A stretch of 16,020 nt of DNA from Azolla caroliniana (lineage: Eukaryota > Plantae > Polypodiophyta): positions 1-16,020 of the forward strand of contig JBHGNT010000764.1 of the NCBI GenBank assembly GCA_043228905.1. The letters are read 5' to 3'. This document shows positions 9,410 through 16,020 of this stretch, one piece after another. The notes beneath the pieces were generated by a model. The model worked only from the letters and a program-made list of their open reading frames with translations. It was not told the DNA's origin and did not search any database. Position 1 is the first letter of the stretch. Every line of letters starts with the position of its first letter. Position numbers and translations under genes: made by a program.

Positions 9410-10125
9410 TTTTTGCTTTTCTCTCCTCCTCTCTTTTTCCTTCCTTTCTCTCTTTTTTTGTTTTGTATTTTCCTTTCTTTTTTATCCTTTTTTCCTTCTT
9501 CCTCTCTTGCTTTTTGGCTTTTTGCTTTTTGCTTTTTGCTTTCTGCTTTCTTGCTTTCTGCTTTCTTGCTTTCTGCTTTCTTGCTTCTTGCTTTCTTGCT
9601 TTTTGCTTTTTGCTTTTTGCTTTTCTTCCTCTTTCCTGCTTTTTTCCCCCTTTTCTTCCCCTCTTTTGCTTCTTTTATTTACTTTTTTCCCCCCCCCCCC
9701 TTCTCCTTTTTTGCTTTTTGCTTTTTGAATCTCTTTTTCTTCGTCTTTTTCTTCTTCTTCTTTTTGCTTCTTTTTCTCTTCCTCTTTTTATTTGCTTCTT
9801 CTTCTTTTTTTTGCTTTTTGCTTTTGGTCTTTACTTTCTCCTTGTTTTTGCTTTTTGCTTTTTTGTTCTCCTTTTTTTTTTTTTCCTCTCCTCCTTTTTT
9901 TTCTTTTTTGCTTTTTTTCTCTTCTCCTTTTTTTTTGTTTTTTTGCTTTTTAATTTTCGTTCTCTTTTTCTTTTTTCTTTTTTCTTTTTTGCGTTTATTC
10001 TACTTTTTCTTTTTTGTTTTTGCTTTTGCTTTTTCTTGTGGTTTCTCTCTTTCTTTTCCTTTAGTTTGTTTTCTCTTTCACCCCCTTCAAAATTTTCTCT
10101 TCTTCCGAGTGTTTTTCCTTTCAAC
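9410..10125 (+). repeat. ~720-bp T/C-rich low-complexity tract with TTTTTGC heptamers, a 15-bp tandem (TTGCTTTCTGCTTTC x3 at 9536-9580 plus a variant) and C12 at 9689-9700
   Basis: Read directly; very few A residues and sparse G, mostly as TGC. Confidence 0.92.
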
Positions 10126-12606
10126 ATGCCCAAACGAGAAAACAAAGACACACAAAGAGGATCTGGTCTCATCTGGTGTGTGCATGTGTGAGTCTATGGA
10201 CTCGAGACGACGACGCATAGTTCATTATTCTCGACAACTTCACTCTTCCTGATCATGATAAATCGTGGCCACATGAGAAAATGCCAGGACGAAAAACTGT
10301 TGGATCATTTGACTTGTTGATCAATGTCAATCACGTTAACCCCTCAACAAGCAAGAACACGGAACACCGGCGGGTTAGCTTCCGATAAACTCAAGGCTTC
10401 GATGAACCAACCAACTCTAAGTGATCCACGCTAGTGTGGCAACCCGAATCACTCCTACAGGACACCATCTCTGTCAATTGTGTGTGTCATCTTTGCCTCG
10501 ACTAGTTGGCAGTTCGTACAATGCACTAGGGCAACTAGTTTGCCTTTAAAACTTCATGTGTCGAGCAAACTCTTCCTAGTCTGATTTGGTTCCTACATTC
10601 CACGTTGAGAAAAAAAAAAACCAATCCTTTAAAGAGGATGCAACCTTTGTATCATTGCCACGAGTGTGTAAAGAAGTGGAAAGGAAGACTCTGTTTGGTG
10701 CTACAATCAAAGAGACCGATAATACAAAAAGCATATGGTTCGGGAAGTTGGTCCACTTCAATTAAAATTGAGATGTTGAAGCTAGGGATGGAAACATAAT
10801 TATGCATTGCAGAGATCCTATCGCATATCTTGATGAGGTTCAAAACTAGTGTGCTTCGTATTTGTATATAATGGCGCCATTGCAAACCTATGTCCTATTA
10901 TAACTTATTAAGTACCTTTGGAGGTTACATTTACGAGACGGAAGATATTTCTAGAGAACAGAATATGGTAATGTTTTCTAGAAAGGGTAAAATCACGTGC
11001 GATAATCAAATCATTGAATTACGAAACTAACTCAACTTTCAAGGCATATGGTATCGAGATTGAACAACGTCCATAAGCCAAAAGCACTTCGATGAGGGTC
11101 AAACATTTTCACATCATTACAGTTAGATCACAAAAAAAAGCAGAGCTAGGCAAGAGATAGGTCGTTGATTTATCATAATATTTCTCCCCTTTCATTTTTC
11201 GCTCATCCATAAAATTGTGTATCTAATGTTGATGGACGCAAAAGTCATGACTCTACCATGATAATGCACTCACCAAACTTTGTAATACTTTCTTTGAGAT
11301 TCTAAGGTATATTAAAATTGAATGTTGTCGCAATGGATGATACACATGTGAGCTATGGGAAAAAGAGGTTTTATCATCATCTTTGGAGGTCAATATATGA
11401 CACATGACACCAAATTTATAATGCTTTCAAGAAATAAATGTGAAAGAGTAGCAACTCGCGATATTCAAGAACTTTACTAATGAATGTTGCAATTGAGAGA
11501 GAAATTCATGTGAGGATTGGGGTGGGGCATTGTATCTAAGCATGATACTCAAGACTCCCAAAATTGTTTTGGGATAAATGTGTATAGTAGGGAGACATAT
11601 AAGAGATTGAATATGATTGATGGGACACCCAAAATTATTTGTAATGAGCAAACTTTGGGGCAATTAGATTTTGATCCCAATCTGTCACTTAGGTTTTCCT
11701 CAATGTTCCTCATGACATCAATGGACACATGTATCCCATATCTTTTTTTAACATTCTCAAAGTTGCAAACATTTGTGGTGCGCTTTCCACTCACCCTAAA
11801 GTTTCTCATGTGTTAGACTTCACTCAAATGCTTCTACTTATGAATGAGTTCCTCATCCTAATGATTTTGATACGAGACAATTGTCATGGCTTCCTACAAG
11901 GATTTGTAATCGAAGGTGCATAAACACAATTCCTATTTGTTCTACTTCTACTATTAACACCATTCCCAATGCATGTAATGTCTTTTCTCACAACATTTTG
12001 CAATATTGACGATAAAATTAGGTACTCGTTCATTTTATAGCACACTTCTAATCAACTTTGACATTGTGCTCACCTTCCAAGCCACCATTTTCAATGTTCA
12101 TCTCATCCTTTCCCTTTTGCATTCTCTTGCAAGCTCAATAACCAAAGAAAACATTACGATGCATCAAGTGTTGAAATGTCCCCTAAATGACTTGGCATTA
12201 GCTTTGTGATTTAGTAGAAAGGATACATCGTATAAAGATGGCCATCTGTGGCCACCTTTGCATGGAGAGGTACCAAAAAGAAGCAAACGTCACTAGTTTC
12301 ATTAAGGTGGAGTGATGGAATAATCCATACATGGAATGGTGAGATTAGCAAGCATTTATTCGATATACAATGGAAGCGATCAAATGAGAATAAACCATGG
12401 CTTGAACTAACTAACTAAACAACCTCTTTATCTATGTTGAAAAGTTCCAACGTACCCATTTTACTCTTCAACCTTTCTATCTTTTCTATTTTCACATCCA
12501 TTTCAAAATGATGGCAATGAAATACTTTCTTGATGGTATTGTCACCTCAACTATCAATGTCACTAATGTCCATGATGACAACAATGAGATACTCTATAGT
12601 GCTCTC

Positions 12607-12942
12607 AGCTTCTGTTTTGCTAATCACACATCGAGCTTGGCTTTTTTCTTTGCTAAAAAATGGCACAACAATTTTTAGCTTCTGTTTTGCTAATCACAAA
12701 TACATCGAGCTTGGCTTTTTTCTTTGCTAAAAAATGGCGCAACATTTTTTAGCTTCTGTTTTGCTAATCACAAATACATCGAGCTTGGCTTTTTTCTTTG
12801 CTAAAAAATGGCGCTACATTTTTTAGTCTTTCCACTACAAATTAGGAAATCATAGACAGCATCGACCTAGCTTTTTTCTTTGCACAAAAATGGAGCTACA
12901 TTTTCTACCCAACAACGTCTTTCCATTACAAATTAGGGAATC
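12607..12942. repeat. Tandem repeat: three near-identical 70-74-bp units followed by a diverged partial duplication
   Basis: Units start AGCTTCTGTTTTGCTAATCACA at 12607, 12677 and 12751. A partial copy CATCGA...TTTTTTCTTTGC...AAAAATGG..CTACATTTT lies at 12860-12907. GTCTTTCCA.TACAAATTAGG.AATC occurs at 12826-12851 and 12917-12942. Confidence 0.95.
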
Positions 12943-13362
12943 CTTATTCAAGTCTTGTAAATGATTGACCTTCTCATTCGGAGATAGAAAGCCCTTGGGA
13001 ATCACTCTATAGTCTAATATATACCACACTCACCCATTTTCAACACAAAACATATGCAATCTTTTGACTATGCGCATCTTTCATGGAGTCATTTTCATCT
13101 AGCCATTCATAATGGGTCCATTGGTATGATGTGAACAATATTTCAGTTTATCTTGTCAAGAATTATGCATTGTTCCACACAAGTACCCCTGAAATTTATA
13201 TGAACCTAGCCATCAATCTCTTATTCTTTAAAAGCTATAAATAGTCTCAATGTTGTATAATAGACAAAAACCAAAATCGTGCAATGCCATCGAAATAGAT
13301 ATTGAATGTGGTATTAGTCAATTTAGATAAAGGCTACAAAGACATTAGAAAGTATTTTTTGG

Positions 13363-13637
13363 AAATCCAAGAGAAAGACACAAACCAGATTTGTGCAGCT
13401 CAAAAAAGCTTAATGTTTATACGGAGTTATCAAGCCTGTGAATGTTATGCTAGTAGCTACCATTTTCTCACACTATCAAGACGGAATGCTCAAAAGTAAA
13501 AATCCAACGAGAAAGATGTAAACAAGAGTCATGCAGCCCAAAAAGGTTCAACGTTAATAAAGGAGCGTTCGAGCCCATAAGTTTTATGCTACCATTTTCT
13601 CACACTTTATCAAGAAGATGGAATGCTCAAAGTAAAA
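13363..13637. repeat. Two diverged tandem copies of a ~137-bp unit downstream of the kinase stop
   Basis: AAATCCAA.GAGAAAGA...TGCAGC.CAAAAA...GCTACCATTTTCTCACACT..ATCAAGA..GGAATGCTCAAA.GTAAA starting at 13363 and 13500. Confidence 0.88.
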
Positions 13638-13823
13638 GAAATTGAAGTCTAAATATTTATCAATATTGAGGGGGGGGGAAGACAAAAAAAAAAATCCCAA
13701 GCTTAAGATAGGGCTGGGAACAGATTTTTCATGATTGTTGGAATGGTTAACCTAAAACCATTCACTTGGTCCACAACAACACATTATACATCAGAATTTC
13801 CACATATTCTTGTTTGAGATCTT

Positions 13824-14169
13824 TTAATCCATAGTCAGTGGGCTCATCAAACAACCACATCCTCGGAACTTCGCTGTTCCCACTGTTCTTGTAATGATTT
13901 GTTGAGCTGTCTCTAACATCATCACAATTTCGGCGAAAGATGGCCTAACCTCTGGATTTGAGTCCCAGCAACGAGTCATGATTTCTATAAGAACTGGAGG
14001 ACAATCGTGTGGAATCTCAGGCCTCGCTCCTCTATTCACGACAGCAAATGCAGCCTGGACTGCAGTCATGTTCTGGAAAGGAACATTTCCAGTCACAAGT
14101 TCCCATAGCACGATACCAAAGCTATACACATCCACTTTGTGATTATAAGCACGGCGCTGTATCATTTCC
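13824..14169 (-). CDS. STY13: Terminal coding exon of a Raf-like group C Ser/Thr(/Tyr) kinase, STY13/Raf22/Raf28-like (end of subdomain VIII through XI plus C-tail); partial gene
   Basis: Acceptor TTGTTGTAG ends at 14170, then G GAA ATG completes the APE motif. Translation reads [47 protein letters not shown]...MTRCWD..PEVRPSF. The [17 protein letters not shown] segment and the ...P(M/L)TxD end match the STY13/Raf22/Raf28 clade as I recall it. Orthology is untested. Stop TAA at 13826-13824. Confidence 0.93.
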
Positions 14170-16020
14170 CTACAACAAGCAAGCAGAACAACTGGCTTTC
14201 AGTTCCCATGCAATTAATAGGATTCGACATGCATACATATAAAGCAAAGTGTGAGGAAAACTGCCCCTTATTTGCAAACATAGGGATGATTAACATTTAA
14301 AAAGCAATTAGTAAACAGAGAAGACCAGGCTTTCAAAAACTGTAGATTGCTGCCTTTCTGAGGGTTAAGGCTTCAAATGGGATTTTGGTATCAAATATTC
14401 TACATTTCTTGAAAGGAAGGAATACTTAGTAAGTCAAAAGATTAATGGTTGATGATCACTGAATCGGCAGCTAAGCAGCAACAAACTGAAAGGATAATGA
14501 TATGCATAAAAAGAAAACATTTAAATGTTGGATATGCACACCTCACAACGTCTATGCGGCATTAGCTGTAATAGTGGACCCAGCTAAAATCGCATACTAT
14601 AATGACATAACATAACATAATTGGAGGAAAATGTGCTACTTTTCCCACAAATATTGCCATTTGTACAGTTTACTGTGCAGCAGTTTGTTTCAGGCACTTT
14701 CTGAGCCTTCTTTTGGAAGTTTTCAGCCCTCTTTGGTTTCTCTGTGTAGCTTTCTGTGGCCACACACAAACACACATAATATTACACATATACTCATTGC
14801 AATCTCAGCCCACTTTCTCTTTCATGTTACCAATGCTGATTGACACTGGTTACAAGTTATATATCAGCATTCACATACCCCAAATTTTAACAATAGAATG
14901 GGCATGTCAAGGCCACCCATGAGTTGAGGATTCATTGCCGCTCATCAGCATTTCATCCATTGTCTGTTTCAAATGTCAATATGGATTTGTGTGTGCAGGT
15001 TAATGTGAAAAAAATGGCCCTTATCTCACTGGAATGAACACTAGAGACAAATATAAAATATCAATCCTTATGATGAACATTCACGTAGTGTTTTCTTACC
15101 ATCGGTGTGCAAGAAGATTTGCTCTTCTAGCCAATAATGTTGTGCAAGAAATCTCTAAAACTCAAAATGTTGCTCAGACACATCGTGAGAAATGTTGAGA
15201 TCTCTTCTCCTATGACAACTTGGATGGGAACATTTCTGGCCTATTTCAAAGTGGAAATGGGATCTCAAGTCTAATATTTCCTATCATGAACAATAGAAAG
15301 CTTGACAAATGAAAGAGATGACTTGGAAAGCATAGAACTGAGCAAAAGTTTAACATTGGCGCTTATCTAAGCAACAGAACCAAATCCTAAACTAGAAGAT
15401 GAACAATAGAAAGCTTGACAAATGAAAAAATAAAGCAACAGGGCAACCTTTTTCAGGATTCGAATCCATTCACAAAGAAAACAGGCCATAATAAAAACAT
15501 CATTATGACTGGAAAATAATCTATTGTGGCCGTTTCTGTATATTAATATACCCAATCAGAATTTTAGATTATGCTGTTGAATATGGTAATACGGCCCCTC
15601 AGCATTAGATGGAAGGTCAACTCTAAAAGCTCAAACTCGATAGCAAAGATCCGTGACTGTACACCCAGAATCAAATGAAAAACATGCCAGATGATGATCC
15701 ATGGACTGTGCACCCCTTAACTACCAACTGGGTATGACAGCACGTAAAAAAGAGTGATTACTCTCCCTTTAAAAGTTTTAGGTCGGGAATATGGAGTATA
15801 CATCCTGGAGAATGAGATGTATAACTAGCGTCCCTTGAAATTTCTAGAACTGGGGGAAGGGGGGCCTCAAATTGACCTAATTTTACTTTCCAAATAGTAC
15901 AGGAGTGTTGAATCATTCTCTCCCCTTGGTCTTTGAATATTAGGACCAAAAGAAAAGGTTTCGATTCAAAGATACACAAATTGAAACTCCCAGCATTTCT
16001 TCATCCTTTACAGCAAATGT
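14170..16020 (-). other. Kinase intron (>1.85 kb, continues beyond the window)
   Basis: Lies directly upstream of the acceptor at 14170. I found no upstream kinase motifs (HRD, DFG, GTYRWMA) in this interval. Confidence 0.8.
15286..15427. repeat. Perfect 29-bp direct repeat in the kinase intron
   Basis: ATGAACAATAGAAAGCTTGACAAATGAAA at 15286-15314 and 15399-15427. Confidence 0.9.

Noticed and set aside
9410-9625. TTTTTGC heptamers as a variant telomeric array seeded from the telo-box
   Set aside because: Only the 7-bp period is shared. The sequence is far from TTTAGGG, and the T-rich strand is opposite in polarity to the telo-box.
9413-10252. Long Phe/Leu-rich ORFs (279 aa, 242 aa, 73 aa) and the antisense Lys-rich 113-aa ORF
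   Set aside because: The tract has almost no A on the + strand, so stops cannot form in several frames at once. These are compositional artefacts, not membrane proteins.
10576-12600. Short ORFs as genes or identifiable transposase remnants
   Set aside because: No recognisable domain motifs. Probably decayed TE sequence, but I cannot support a family call.
12607-12824. CRISPR-like array
   Set aside because: Whole units are duplicated with no unique spacers, the context is eukaryotic and there are no cas genes. The 97-359 motif trio is also too diverged and irregular.
6113-14169. Functional linkage between NRP and the adjacent Raf-like kinase
   Set aside because: Co-orientation 4.6 kb apart is ordinary in plant genomes, and nothing in the sequence suggests read-through or a cluster.

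Overview
Land-plant nuclear DNA (AT-rich, GT-AG introns; species not determinable from sequence). I could reconstruct one complete minus-strand gene by hand: a 10-exon, 268-aa NAP1-related/SET-type histone chaperone (NRP; CDS 9209->6113). The terminal coding exon of a Raf-like group C (STY13/Raf22/Raf28-type) kinase is also on the minus strand (14169->13824), and its upstream intron runs off the right end of the window. The left 4.4 kb is repeat/TE debris. It holds a 5'-truncated, degenerate L1-type LINE with a zf-RVT region and A-tail inserted into a CATT/CATA simple-sequence tract, plus an AACCGGTT-rich DNA-transposon-like block. Upstream of NRP are a (GGA)8 tract, a telo-box and a ~720-bp T/C-rich tract. 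Several small tandem duplications occur, including a 74-bp hairpin-bearing repeat. Most short ORFs in the supplied track are spurious. I see no convincing novel biological system. The best leads are hypotheses about NRP 3'-end splicing, NRP promoter architecture and LINE target preference.
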